DNA of 64,000 nucleotides from Minisyncoccia bacterium (GCA_044341565.1 JBIIRM010000002.1:65812-129811); one strand, 5' to 3'; counted from the first letter of the stretch, positions 31,537 through 41,177 are shown. The notes: generated from the letters alone by a model not told the origin. A program made the numbers and translations.

Positions 31537-32271
31537 TTATGGTTTTTTATAAATTAAATTATATTTTTGTCTAAGGATATTAAGTTCTTGCTTGATGAGA
31601 GTATCTACATTTCCTAATAAAGACAATGTAATTTTATTGCTAATATCTAATCTGAGTGGGTCCGAGCTAACATTGAGAAGTCCCAACAAAAAGCTATTAT
31701 GAATTTGGGCTATGCGAATATATCCTTTATGAAGCTTTAATGCATCCTGGGGTACTTCTATCTCAAATAATGAACGATATAAATCAGTATTGGTACGGAG
31801 TAGGGACTGAATGTTTTGTGTTTTTCCGTCCAAAGCCTCTTCAGAGAGCTGATTTATATTAGGCTGGATAGTATTATCCTTGAATATAGTGTATACCTCT
31901 TTTAAATATTTTTCAAGTGCTGCTTGTGGATTGTCTGGATTGGGGATAACTTTTATCTGGTCTTCCGGAAGTGGAGGTAAATCTATACGATCAATACCAA
32001 GATTTTGTACATCTTGTTTAACTTGTTCATCAAAAGGATTGGCTGAAATAAGAGCGCTTGCAATAATATCAGCACCTGACTCTGTGAAATTAATTTCTTG
32101 CTCTTTACCATCTTTAATTTGAATAATACGAATAGGAACAAGCCCCTCATCTATAGGCGTGAGCTTGGGTTTAGATTCGGGCTTTAATATGATATAGGTT
32201 ATTCCCAAACCCAATACAAGGATAATACTAGATATGATGATATTTTTCTTTGTGAATAGAGATTTAATCAT
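31537..32271 (-). CDS. bitopic membrane protein (N-terminal TM, periplasmic domain), first gene of the minus-strand cluster
   Basis: MIKSLFTKKNIIISSIILVLGLGITYIIL TM helix, then a ~210-aa soluble domain. Size and topology are VirB8-like but no motif is recognised. Confidence 0.4.
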   Translation of the reverse strand: MIKSLFTKKNIIISSIILVLGLGITYIILKPESKPKLTPIDEGLVPIRIIQIKDGKEQEINFTESGADIIASALISANPFDEQVKQDVQNLGIDRIDLPPLPEDQIKVIPNPDNPQAALEKYLKEVYTIFKDNTIQPNINQLSEEALDGKTQNIQSLLRTNTDLYRSLFEIEVPQDALKLHKGYIRIAQIHNSFLLGLLNVSSDPLRLDISNKITLSLLGNVDTLIKQELNILRQKYNLIYKKP

Positions 32272-32405
32272 GGGAATTCGTATTTGAGATCTATTTTTGT
32301 GACTATAATAATTATAGCATATGGAGAGGTGTATGTATATTCATAATGTTAATTGACAATATTATGTAATATGCTAATATATATATATAGTATAAAATAA
32401 AAATT

Positions 32406-32753
32406 ATGATTACAGATCAAGTTATTTTGAGTCTATATGCAATTATTTTGATAGAAATAGGGTTATTGCTATTGGTCTTATTAATTATGGTTATCGATCT
32501 CAAAAAGAGTATTGATGCTATCCATAAACTTATTGATAAAGCCTTACATTTAGGTGATGTAGCAGTAGATACTGCAACTGAATTAAAATCTAATCTTACT
32601 ACAATTTCTGGTATTACATCAGTTATTGGTAATATTTCAGAAATTGTATCTTCTTGGAAAGGTTCACCTAAATCTCAGGACTTAGATGAGACTGATGATT
32701 TAGGGGATGCCTTGAGTAAAGTTGTACCAAAGAAGAAAAGACGCATTATATAA
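32406..32753 (+). CDS. DUF948/YtxG-like membrane-anchored coiled-coil protein
   Basis: N-terminal TM helix, then coiled-coil. Precedes a YtxH-like gene as in the Bacillus ytxG-ytxH arrangement. Confidence 0.4.
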   Translation: MITDQVILSLYAIILIEIGLLLLVLLIMVIDLKKSIDAIHKLIDKALHLGDVAVDTATELKSNLTTISGITSVIGNISEIVSSWKGSPKSQDLDETDDLGDALSKVVPKKKRRII

Positions 32754-32770
32754 TTAATAACACTACTAAT

Positions 32771-33103
32771 ATGAGTAATAAAAATTTATTTAAAGGAATT
32801 ATAACTGGACTTGCAATTGGAGGAGCTCTTGGCGTATTATTTGCTCCTAAATCAGGAAAGCAAACAAGACAAGATTTAAAAAAAGCATATAGAGCTACGA
32901 GCAAAGATATTGCAAAAAGAATTAATGACTTGGAGGATATGAGTCAATTAAAATATGATCAAATTGTTGATGCAGTTGTCAATGAATATCAAAAATTAGA
33001 TCCTATTACCCAAGAACAAATTAAGACATTAAAGACTACTTTACAAGAAAAATGGAATGAAGTTGCTGAGGCTCAATCTAAAGTCACTAAGAAAGCTAAA
33101 TAA
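32771..33103 (+). CDS. YtxH-like protein
   Basis: GLAIGGALGVLFAPKSGKQTRQDLKK matches the YtxH family signature GxxxGAxxGLLxAPKSGKETR. Confidence 0.6.
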   Translation: MSNKNLFKGIITGLAIGGALGVLFAPKSGKQTRQDLKKAYRATSKDIAKRINDLEDMSQLKYDQIVDAVVNEYQKLDPITQEQIKTLKTTLQEKWNEVAEAQSKVTKKAK

Positions 33104-33118
33104 ATCAGTTGTCCATAA

Positions 33119-33147
33119 TTGACAAAAAAGATTAGTTATATTATAGT
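33119..33147 (+). promoter_or_regulatory. sigma70-like promoter upstream of plsC (TTGACA-17-TATAGT)
   Basis: TTGACA 33119-33124 and TATAGT 33142-33147. A second TATAAT lies at 33153-33158. Confidence 0.3.
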
Positions 33148-33171
33148 TGGAGTATAATTAATCTTTTTGTT

Positions 33172-33792
33172 ATGGTACATAATGTATTGTACTGGATTAC
33201 CTTCTGGATATTCCATACGATTATACGTTTGTTTGTAAGTACGAAAGATATTCAGGGGCTTGAACATCTCAAAGATATTCGGGGCCCCCTTATTATTGCA
33301 TCTAATCATAGAGGGCGTATTGATGGTATATGGATTTGGTATTATTTAGCTCGGATGAACCGTAACCGAATAGTTCATATGAGGATTATTACAGGTGCAG
33401 TTTTTTTTACTAAGCCAATTGTTGGCTGGTATTTACGTCAAATGCGATGTTTTCCAGTTGTTAGCGGGCAAGGCTTACAGGTTGTTGACCCTATGGTAGA
33501 CGTTTTGAATGATGATGGAATTGTAACTATATTTCCTGAAGGGAAAATGCAAAAAACAGTAAATGGTAGGGGAGAAGCAAAAAGAGGAGTGGGGTATCTT
33601 ATTTGGAAATCTGAAGCTAGAGTACTACCAATATATATCAACTATCATCAAAAATGGAAAAACTTACCATTTTATACAATGACATTTAATGTTGGAAAAA
33701 TCACATCATATGATACAATAAAATCAGAAGATAAATTACAAAAAGTAGCAGATGATGTTTTGGAATCAATTTATCAATTGGATAAAAAATAA
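33172..33792 (+). CDS. plsC: 1-acyl-sn-glycerol-3-phosphate acyltransferase family (lysophospholipid acyltransferase)
   Basis: HxxxxD motif in IIASNHRGRIDGI and the FPEGKM motif. Confidence 0.75.
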   Translation: MVHNVLYWITFWIFHTIIRLFVSTKDIQGLEHLKDIRGPLIIASNHRGRIDGIWIWYYLARMNRNRIVHMRIITGAVFFTKPIVGWYLRQMRCFPVVSGQGLQVVDPMVDVLNDDGIVTIFPEGKMQKTVNGRGEAKRGVGYLIWKSEARVLPIYINYHQKWKNLPFYTMTFNVGKITSYDTIKSEDKLQKVADDVLESIYQLDKK

Positions 33793-34504
33793 TAAACTAT
33801 ATAGTATAGGTACTGTTTTATTTATCCTATTAATAATAGGAGCTCGTATTTTTGTTGATTATAATAGTAAATCCGATACACAGAATCCTCTATCTAATCA
33901 AGATAATACTATTTCTCCTACAGAATTAGTAACGGTAACTAGCCCCAGACAATATCAGAATATTACAATTGGAGATATAATCAAATTAGAATTAAGTCAA
34001 GTTTATTTAGAGCCAATTGAAGTTATTTTGGTATCTCTTGATTCTTCTCTGTCAGATAAGCCACAGCTTAAAGAATATTCTTTAGGGCAGCAAAAATTTA
34101 ATAGAGGATTTATTGAGATAAATAGTAAAGCTTATGAGGCAGGTCAATATCAAATTATATTAGTACAAAATAATCAAAATATAGGACAATCTCCTATATT
34201 TGCTCTGATTCGTGAAAAACAAAATCTTACTATTACGAGTCCAGTGGAAAAGCAAATTTTTAATCAAGAGAATAATAGTATTTCTTGGAGCTTTAGTCCT
34301 GATATATTCTTTGTAAATATATATCTTGAAAGTGATAATGAGCGTTTTGTATTAGCTCAAAATCGTATTAATACGGGGGAATTTGATTGGAACTTTGCAG
34401 ATATTAATGGACGTAATATACAAAATGGGGAATATGTATTAATCATTGAAGATAATTTTACCAAAGCTGAATTTGGTAAAGTGAGATTTATAGTTAATCA
34501 ATAA
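33752..34504 (+). CDS. hypothetical signal-anchored secreted protein
   Basis: N-terminal hydrophobic segment LYSIGTVLFILLIIGARIF, beta-rich remainder. Start uncertain (overlaps plsC end). Confidence 0.45.
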   Translation: MMFWNQFINWIKNNKLYSIGTVLFILLIIGARIFVDYNSKSDTQNPLSNQDNTISPTELVTVTSPRQYQNITIGDIIKLELSQVYLEPIEVILVSLDSSLSDKPQLKEYSLGQQKFNRGFIEINSKAYEAGQYQIILVQNNQNIGQSPIFALIREKQNLTITSPVEKQIFNQENNSISWSFSPDIFFVNIYLESDNERFVLAQNRINTGEFDWNFADINGRNIQNGEYVLIIEDNFTKAEFGKVRFIVNQ

Positions 34505-34562
34505 TTATTTCTCAAAATGATCTTTTAATGCTATAATAAAAGTTAATATAAGTATATAAATC

Positions 34563-35954
34563 ATGAGTATTCTAGATACCATTAATCATATTGGAGAAGA
34601 AATTACTATTTCGGGATGGATTGATACCAAGCGTGATCACGGAAAAATTTCATTTATTGACCTTAGAGACCGCACGGCAAAAGTTCAAGTAGTATTAGTC
34701 CCTGCGAGTTTAGATGAAGCATCACAGTCCCTGATGACAGAAATTCGACCAGAATGGGTTATTCGTATTCGTGGACTTGTGAAAGCTCGCCCAGAAAGAC
34801 TTATTAATACAGATTTAGCAACTGGTACCGTTGAAATTGAAGCTTTGAGTATAGAAGTATTAAATACTGCTATTACCCCTATATTTCCCCTAGATCAGGA
34901 TAAAAATGAAATTAGTGAAGAGTTGAGATTGCAATATCGCTATCTCGATTTGCGCCGACCATCAATGTATAAGAACCTCGCTAATAGGCATAAAGTGACT
35001 CAATTTATTCGTAATTTTCTTGATAAAGAAGGATTTCTTGAAATTGAAACCCCTATTTTGACTAAATCTACTCCAGAAGGAGCTCGAGATTTTGTAGTCC
35101 CATCTCGGCATCAGCCTGGAAGTTTTTATGCTCTTCCACAATCACCACAACAATATAAGCAATTATTGATGGCAAGTGGTATAGAAAAGTATTTTCAAAT
35201 TGCTCGTTGTTTTCGCGATGAAGATACTCGTAAAGATAGACAACCTGAATTTACTCAATTAGATTTAGAAATGAGTTTTGTAGAGGCCGAAGATGTTATT
35301 GCCTTAAATGAAAGACTTTTGATTGAATTAGTTACAAGTTTATATCCAGAAAAAAAGATTCAGACTATACCATTTCCTCGAATCAGCTATGCTGCGGCAA
35401 TGGAAAAATATGGGAATGATAGACCAGATATACGAGAAAATCTAGAAGACCCCAATATATTAGCATTTTGTTGGGTTGTCGATTTTCCACAATTTGAGAA
35501 AACAGAACAAGGAAATTGGACTTTTTCGCATAATCCCTTTTCAGCACCTAAACCAGAATATAGAGAGCAATTATTAGAGAAAAAAAATATTGGAGATATT
35601 ATATCAACACAATATGATATTGCTCTGAATGGATTTGAAATAGGAGGAGGAAGTATTCGTAATCATAATCCAAAAGCTTTGAGAATTGTATTAGAAATTT
35701 TAGGATATGAGGGGGAAATAGTGGAGCAAGCTTTTGGTCATATATTGACAGCCCTTGCTTCTGGTACACCACCACATGGAGGAATTGCATGGGGATTAGA
35801 TAGATTATTAACAGTATTACAAAATGAATCAAGCATCCGTGAAGTTATTGCTTTTCCTAAAACTGGAGATGGTAGAGACCCAATGATGCAAGCTCCAAAT
35901 CCGATTCAAATTGATCAACTCTTAGAATTGGGACTTGGGCTTCAAAAGAAATAA
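34563..35954 (+). CDS. aspS: aspartate--tRNA ligase, bacterial-type catalytic core but lacking the GAD insertion domain
   Basis: QSPQQYKQLLMASGIEKYFQIARCFRDEDTRKDRQPEFTQLDLEMSF closely parallels the E. coli AspRS motif 2 region. 463 aa versus ~590 for canonical bacterial AspRS. Confidence 0.85.
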   Translation: MSILDTINHIGEEITISGWIDTKRDHGKISFIDLRDRTAKVQVVLVPASLDEASQSLMTEIRPEWVIRIRGLVKARPERLINTDLATGTVEIEALSIEVLNTAITPIFPLDQDKNEISEELRLQYRYLDLRRPSMYKNLANRHKVTQFIRNFLDKEGFLEIETPILTKSTPEGARDFVVPSRHQPGSFYALPQSPQQYKQLLMASGIEKYFQIARCFRDEDTRKDRQPEFTQLDLEMSFVEAEDVIALNERLLIELVTSLYPEKKIQTIPFPRISYAAAMEKYGNDRPDIRENLEDPNILAFCWVVDFPQFEKTEQGNWTFSHNPFSAPKPEYREQLLEKKNIGDIISTQYDIALNGFEIGGGSIRNHNPKALRIVLEILGYEGEIVEQAFGHILTALASGTPPHGGIAWGLDRLLTVLQNESSIREVIAFPKTGDGRDPMMQAPNPIQIDQLLELGLGLQKK

Positions 35955-36021
35955 AAATATAGTATTATACGGATTAAGTTGACTATATACCGTATTATTG
36001 ATAGAATAATATGGTTATATA

Positions 36022-36097
36022 CGGGAAGTGGCGCAATGGCTAGCGCACCTGGTTTGGGACCAGGGGGCTGCAGGTTCGAGTCCTGTCTTCCCGACCA
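36022..36097 (+). tRNA. tRNA-Pro (anticodon TGG), CCA encoded
   Basis: Acceptor CGGGAAG/CTTCCCG, anticodon stem-loop CCTGG-TTTGGGA-CCAGG, T-arm GCAGGTTCGAGTCCTGT, ACCA end. Confidence 0.9.
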
Positions 36098-36116
36098 ATG
36101 GAGAAGAAATATATTT

Positions 36117-36144
36117 TTGACAGTATAGCCATATATGGTATAAT
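36117..36144 (+). promoter_or_regulatory. consensus sigma70 promoter (TTGACA-16-TATAAT)
   Basis: Perfect TTGACA 36117-36122 and TATAAT 36139-36144, upstream of a 53-aa ORF and the membrane-protein operon. Confidence 0.5.
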
Positions 36145-36172
36145 ACATTTAATATTAAACACATACGATATA

Positions 36173-36334
36173 TGAGCGCTCAAGATACAGAGATAATAAC
36201 AAAAATATCTATAGAAGATATTGGTGCACATCAAACAGAAACAGTTTCAATTAGCCAAAAACCAGAAGCTGAGATGATTCCAGAACGATCAAATGCGATT
36301 AAAATTCCTCTTGACAATATTATAAAAAAATAAT
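36173..36334 (+). CDS. possible small protein (53 aa) leading the membrane-protein operon
   Basis: ATG 29 nt downstream of the consensus -10. Encodes MSAQDTEIITKISIEDIGAHQTE... Stop abuts the ATG of the next gene. Below the 60-aa ORF-track cutoff. Confidence 0.25.
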
Positions 36335-37009
36335 ATGACCACCCAGCAGCAAGTCAAAGAACTTGTAGAGAAGCGGGCAACTACCGAGGAGATTTACCTT
36401 GAATTATTACAGAAAAATATTACCGTTAAAGAAATACAACAGGCATTCAAAGATATTGAAAAGCTCCATTTTGATATACAGTCACAAGGTATTACCGTAA
36501 TTATATTATTTGGATCAATATCTATAGGGCTAGCTGCAATTAGCTTTATTGCTTCAAATTGGAATACATTTGGTGATATAGGAAAAGTTACTATTATTAG
36601 TATTGGATTAATTTTATCATATTTAGCGGCTTATTTTGCACATAAAGCAAAGCTTATACGAGTATATACAGGGCTTATTATATTAGCTCAATTAATTTTG
36701 GGGGCAGGTGTATTCTTGATAGGTGAAATTGTACATATTGATATTGCATGGCAAATAAGTTTTTTGATATGGAGTATGGGAGTATTTGTCGCAGTATATT
36801 GGTTGCAGTCTCGAATATTGTCTTTGGGACTTGCATTATTAGGAATTATTTCAGTATTAGGAATTCCAGATTTTTTTGATAATTATGATTGGTATCGTAG
36901 AGAATATTTGGTATATGCAATATTGGCTCTTATAATCTCGACCCAATTATATTGGTTTATAGCAAAAAAATTAAAACAGGAGGATTTTTCTCGCTATTCA
37001 TTTGATTAA
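36335..37009 (+). CDS. integral membrane protein (DUF2157-like)
   Basis: Soluble N-terminal ~50 aa followed by about five TM helices. Confidence 0.5.
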   Translation: MTTQQQVKELVEKRATTEEIYLELLQKNITVKEIQQAFKDIEKLHFDIQSQGITVIILFGSISIGLAAISFIASNWNTFGDIGKVTIISIGLILSYLAAYFAHKAKLIRVYTGLIILAQLILGAGVFLIGEIVHIDIAWQISFLIWSMGVFVAVYWLQSRILSLGLALLGIISVLGIPDFFDNYDWYRREYLVYAILALIISTQLYWFIAKKLKQEDFSRYSFD

Positions 37010-37014
37010 ATACT

Positions 37015-38103
37015 ATGGAAATATTTAGTATACTTATCCCATTTATTATATTCATACTTATTATAGGATGTATTATTATATTAGTTCGCTTAATTAGTCT
37101 ACAAAGATCATTTGCCGAGGCTACATTTTTTATTGCTGTTTCATGGGATGATTTATTAAGACAATTACTTTTGAGTATATCTCTTATATTAGGCCTTGTA
37201 GGTATTTATGCTATAAGTCAAGTATTGAAATTTTCTATTGGCTGGTATAATTTTGCTGTAATAGGGGGTATTATAACAGCTTTTTTAGGATATCGAAAAC
37301 ATAGCCCTCTTGTATTTGCTATGGGAATAAGTGAATTCCTATTAGGAATAATTATTGGGAGTTATCAGGTAGCTTCTCAAAATGGAGTAGATAAAAGCAT
37401 ATCTTTTATCGCTGCCTTTTTATTATTTGCCAGTCTTTATACCATCGCATTTACCTTTTTTGACCAATCTCGAAATAAACGATATTATACGGTACTTACT
37501 TTGATTGGAGTTTTGGGATTGGGAATTCTCAGTTTTGTATTGGGGGCATTTAGCTCGAGGAATATTTGGGAGACTATTACCAATAATACTACTATTGCCA
37601 TTTGGAATAATCCCAAGACGCTTATTATATTATTGGGCATAATAGTAGTATTTGGTATCAGTAGTATTAGTGCTTGGAAACATATCAAATCTCATTGGTA
37701 TCAAGGTATTGGAATTTTGATTGGGCTGGCGGGATCTTTATGTATAGTATTTTTACCAATAGTCCCAGTATTATATGACCCTAATCAACCATATATTTAT
37801 GATGCTAATATGTTAGCTAATAAGAATAGGGAAATATTACCTCATATTATCTCCCTCAATAGTATTTTTCTTATAGGAGTATTGTGGTTATTATATAGTG
37901 CCTATAAATTAAAAGAAATATGGAGATTGAATCTTAGTATATTAGCATTATTAGGATTTATTTTAGTAAGATATTTTGATTGGGTGGAGAAAACAGAATT
38001 AGATAGAAGTATATTTTTCTTAGGATTGGGGATAGTATTTTTGATTACAGGATATTTTCTCGAGAGAGTAAGACGTAATGTATTAGCTAGTATTGATAAG
38101 TAA
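37015..38103 (+). CDS. polytopic integral membrane protein (about 10 TM), hypothetical
   Basis: Hydrophobic helices throughout. Operonic with flanking genes (6-nt gap, 11-nt overlap). Confidence 0.5.
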   Translation: MEIFSILIPFIIFILIIGCIIILVRLISLQRSFAEATFFIAVSWDDLLRQLLLSISLILGLVGIYAISQVLKFSIGWYNFAVIGGIITAFLGYRKHSPLVFAMGISEFLLGIIIGSYQVASQNGVDKSISFIAAFLLFASLYTIAFTFFDQSRNKRYYTVLTLIGVLGLGILSFVLGAFSSRNIWETITNNTTIAIWNNPKTLIILLGIIVVFGISSISAWKHIKSHWYQGIGILIGLAGSLCIVFLPIVPVLYDPNQPYIYDANMLANKNREILPHIISLNSIFLIGVLWLLYSAYKLKEIWRLNLSILALLGFILVRYFDWVEKTELDRSIFFLGLGIVFLITGYFLERVRRNVLASIDK

Positions 38104-38692
38104 ATATATGAAATTTAAAACAATACTATTAATACTGATATTACAATTAATAATTATATTAGGGTTATTTGGTTATTTTTATACTCAAAAGAGGGATATT
38201 GACCCAATAGTTTACCTGTCAATTATCAACAAAGAAGGGGATAGGGATAAACTTAAATTTGATATTAGTGAAATAGATGAGTATGTATTCCAATATAATC
38301 AAGCCCCAACTAATTCAGATGGAGTATATTTAAAGACAAACTTAAATCTTAAAGTAGGGGATACAGTGTATGTAAAATTAGATCAATCTGGTGGCCGAAC
38401 AGCCTCTATGACTTTAGCTACTAATGATTTTAGTTCTATCAACAACCACAACTATTATGAATATGATGATATGGCCAAAAAGCCTTTTATTAAAGGTAAA
38501 ATAGTAGAAATTAAAGCTGGACAACAGGGTGAGCCAAATAAGTATATTATTGAATATGGAATAGAAGAAGGTGAGTTTGTGGCAGGTAATCTTGCAGGAG
38601 CAGTAGCTAAAGTTAGAATAGACTCTCAGGGAAAAGCTACTTTATTAGAGGTTTATAATGATAATAAAGTTATTTATAAATCTCTTGAATAA
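38093..38692 (+). CDS. hypothetical secreted or anchored protein (GDYXXLXY-type partner of DUF2157-like proteins plausible)
   Basis: N-terminal TM anchor and beta-rich soluble domain. Third gene of the membrane-protein triad. Confidence 0.4.
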   Translation: MISKYMKFKTILLILILQLIIILGLFGYFYTQKRDIDPIVYLSIINKEGDRDKLKFDISEIDEYVFQYNQAPTNSDGVYLKTNLNLKVGDTVYVKLDQSGGRTASMTLATNDFSSINNHNYYEYDDMAKKPFIKGKIVEIKAGQQGEPNKYIIEYGIEEGEFVAGNLAGAVAKVRIDSQGKATLLEVYNDNKVIYKSLE

Positions 38693-39875
38693 AGTCATAA
38701 GTTTTCTTGGCAATAGCTTGATATGAAAATTCTTTTTTTGCTCTTGCTTGAGATGACTTAGATAATAGCTTATATTTCTCTTTATTAGTATAGGCATCGT
38801 TGAGAGCTTCTCGAATAGATAGAATATCTTTTTCAGCTACAATATAGCCTGTATCCCCAATAACTAAGGGAATAGCCCCACTATCTGAACCAATAACGGG
38901 AGTTCCAGCTGCCATAGATTCTACTAATACTCGTCCAAATTGCTCTTTCCAAATAGGAGTAGTATGTGAGAGTAAGAGAGAAATATTGAACATTTGAAAA
39001 TACGCAGGAATATCCTCAAAAGGAATAGCATTTTTGAATATAACAATAGTCTCAAGCTTCAATGTTTGTACCAGGTGTTTCATTTTGGCTATATATTCCT
39101 CATCTCCATTCCCAATAATAATGAGTTTAGTATTTTTTTTCTCCCAATTCTCAAAGGCATGAATCATATCTTCAATACCTTTTTCGGGAGTAATTCTCCC
39201 AATATAGCCATACACAAAGGTATTATCACTAAGACCTAATTCTGCTCTTATGGATTGAGTTTTTGGTGCATTATCAGCAAAGCGATTATAATCAACTCCA
39301 AGTTGAGGGAGTATACCTCGTTTTCCTTTGAAACCTAGAGCATTCACACGATTTTCAAAATCTTGCCATACTTCAGGGAATTGGAATATAAGCCCATCAA
39401 GTTTTGATAGGACATATTTCTCAATAAAGTGAAATGAAGTATAGCGAAATTTTTGATAGGCAGTAATTGCTTCCTTTTCCCAAATATGACAAATATTCTC
39501 TTGTGATAATAATATAAGCTTGGTTTGGGGGAAGAAACTTTTTGTAATATATGTCACTTGAGCGGCAATTTGAGTCCAATATTCTTCTTCCAAAAGAATA
39601 ATATCTGGGTTAAGAGATTGTAGAGTTGATTTGAGATTTTTGAATACAAAAAAGTTTAATTTCCCCGTAAAATATCCTGATAATATAATATGGTGATATT
39701 GTTTACCCTCATATTGCTCAGCATATACTTTTTGTCCACCACCTTCTAATCCAAATTCCGGTGTAATGAGGGTGATATTGAGATCATGATATTCTGATAA
39801 AGCCTCAATTTTAGCTCTATAGGCAGAATAGACATAGGCATGCGATATAATAATAAGATTAAGAGGTTTTTTCAT
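38670..39875 (-). CDS. glycosyltransferase family 4 (GT-B, group 1)
   Basis: GYIGRITPEKGIEDMIHAF (EX7E-region) and ESMAAGTPVIGSDSGAIP motifs. Confidence 0.8.
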   Translation of the reverse strand: MKKPLNLIIISHAYVYSAYRAKIEALSEYHDLNITLITPEFGLEGGGQKVYAEQYEGKQYHHIILSGYFTGKLNFFVFKNLKSTLQSLNPDIILLEEEYWTQIAAQVTYITKSFFPQTKLILLSQENICHIWEKEAITAYQKFRYTSFHFIEKYVLSKLDGLIFQFPEVWQDFENRVNALGFKGKRGILPQLGVDYNRFADNAPKTQSIRAELGLSDNTFVYGYIGRITPEKGIEDMIHAFENWEKKNTKLIIIGNGDEEYIAKMKHLVQTLKLETIVIFKNAIPFEDIPAYFQMFNISLLLSHTTPIWKEQFGRVLVESMAAGTPVIGSDSGAIPLVIGDTGYIVAEKDILSIREALNDAYTNKEKYKLLSKSSQARAKKEFSYQAIAKKTYDFIQEIYK

Positions 39876-39889
39876 ATATAGGTTTTTCT

Positions 39890-40468
39890 TTAGCTTATTT
39901 TATTACCTTTTTGAGTCAGGAATTGATTTATTCTGCGATTTTGTATTGGCAAGACCAGAGAGCGAAGAAAAGTAATTATTGGCTTGAGAATAATAGGACA
40001 TCTGGTATTAAATAATGTTGCATCCATGATAACTAGCTTATTATTATTTAAAACAAATATATTACTCATACATTTTTGGAAAATACCTTTTTGACCTATT
40101 AAATCAATCTCAGGTTGTCCATCTTTACACATCTGATGATAGCAATCAACAATTGTTAGGAATTGCTGATATAAAATTTTATTATCAAGATCTTTTGCCG
40201 TCAGATGATGTTCGGTAATTTTTGGTTGAAGTTGTGCAAAATAGCGCTTATTTTGTGAAATAACAATTTCAGTATTTAAAAGAAATTCACCAAAATATTT
40301 TTTACTTATTTCAAGCTCTTTATGAGCCCACTGAAGCCCCTTCTTTTTGCCGTAAAAAAAATGGATAAGTGAAAATTTAATTACTTTATCAACATCATAG
40401 GAGTAAACAAGATGTTCACTCCCAAAAGAAAGTAGTTTGCCTTTTTTGCTTCTATTGTATTGATTCAT
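39890..40468 (-). CDS. hypothetical protein (possibly kinase-like fold)
   Basis: 192 aa, no TM. Adjacent to the glycosyltransferase. No confident motif. Confidence 0.4.
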   Translation of the reverse strand: MNQYNRSKKGKLLSFGSEHLVYSYDVDKVIKFSLIHFFYGKKKGLQWAHKELEISKKYFGEFLLNTEIVISQNKRYFAQLQPKITEHHLTAKDLDNKILYQQFLTIVDCYHQMCKDGQPEIDLIGQKGIFQKCMSNIFVLNNNKLVIMDATLFNTRCPIILKPIITFLRSLVLPIQNRRINQFLTQKGNKIS

Positions 40469-40732
40469 ACCAAATAATATCTCCTAAAATAGTTTAAAAT
40501 GTATTGGCTGAAAGGCAAAACATATATTTCAGCAAATACCAGGATATATAAGGCCGGAGTAAATTTATTAAGTTATCTACTTTTCTATTATACTCATTTT
40601 ATATATGACATACAAGTGAAACGATTTGGCTCTTCAATAAGCTCCAACATGGATTCAAGAGAATGGTATTTTTTATTCATAAGTAGTATAAATATAATAT
40701 AGTCTTTTATGTCCCCTAAGTTTGATTATTTT

Positions 40733-41146
40733 TCATAATGTTTTAATAATTTCTAGATCGGTAATTTCTGCCCACGTATCAGACTTTCCGTCGTAATATT
40801 TGATCGGCATGGTGTTCATTTCTTCAATTGAAATATCATCAATCGTATGGATTCTGATCGAGTAGCATTCTTCCCCCCAATCTGATTTAGGCGAGTAGCC
40901 AAATAACATACAACCACAATGGTCGCAAAATACAAAATATCCATACTCTATACCGTTTGTATATACTTTCTTGGTCTCTTGATTTTTATGTAATACAAAA
41001 TCTGATATAGGCACTTTGGCAGACCAAAAAGAATTTTTTTGACAAAATGTACAATTACATTTATTGGTATGATGGTTTACGTCTAAATACAGATCATACT
41101 TTATTCGAGCACAGTGGCAAGAGCCATGAAATAACTTTTTTGACAT
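40733..41146 (-). CDS. GFA (glutathione-dependent formaldehyde-activating/CENP-V-like) family zinc protein
   Basis: HGSCHCARIKY, CNCTFCQK and CDHCGC cysteine clusters spaced as in the GFA family. Confidence 0.55.
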   Translation of the reverse strand: MSKKLFHGSCHCARIKYDLYLDVNHHTNKCNCTFCQKNSFWSAKVPISDFVLHKNQETKKVYTNGIEYGYFVFCDHCGCMLFGYSPKSDWGEECYSIRIHTIDDISIEEMNTMPIKYYDGKSDTWAEITDLEIIKTL

Positions 41147-41177
41147 ATAGATATTATGTATTCTAATATATAGAATT

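Noticed and set aside
35942-36234. Two minus-strand ORFs (68 and 64 aa)
   Set aside because: They overlap the clearly folded plus-strand tRNA-Pro(TGG) and its promoter region.
40499-40702. 67-aa ORF in the gap between two minus-strand genes
   Set aside because: Very AT-rich, no motif, opposite to the orientation of flanking genes. Likely non-coding spacer.
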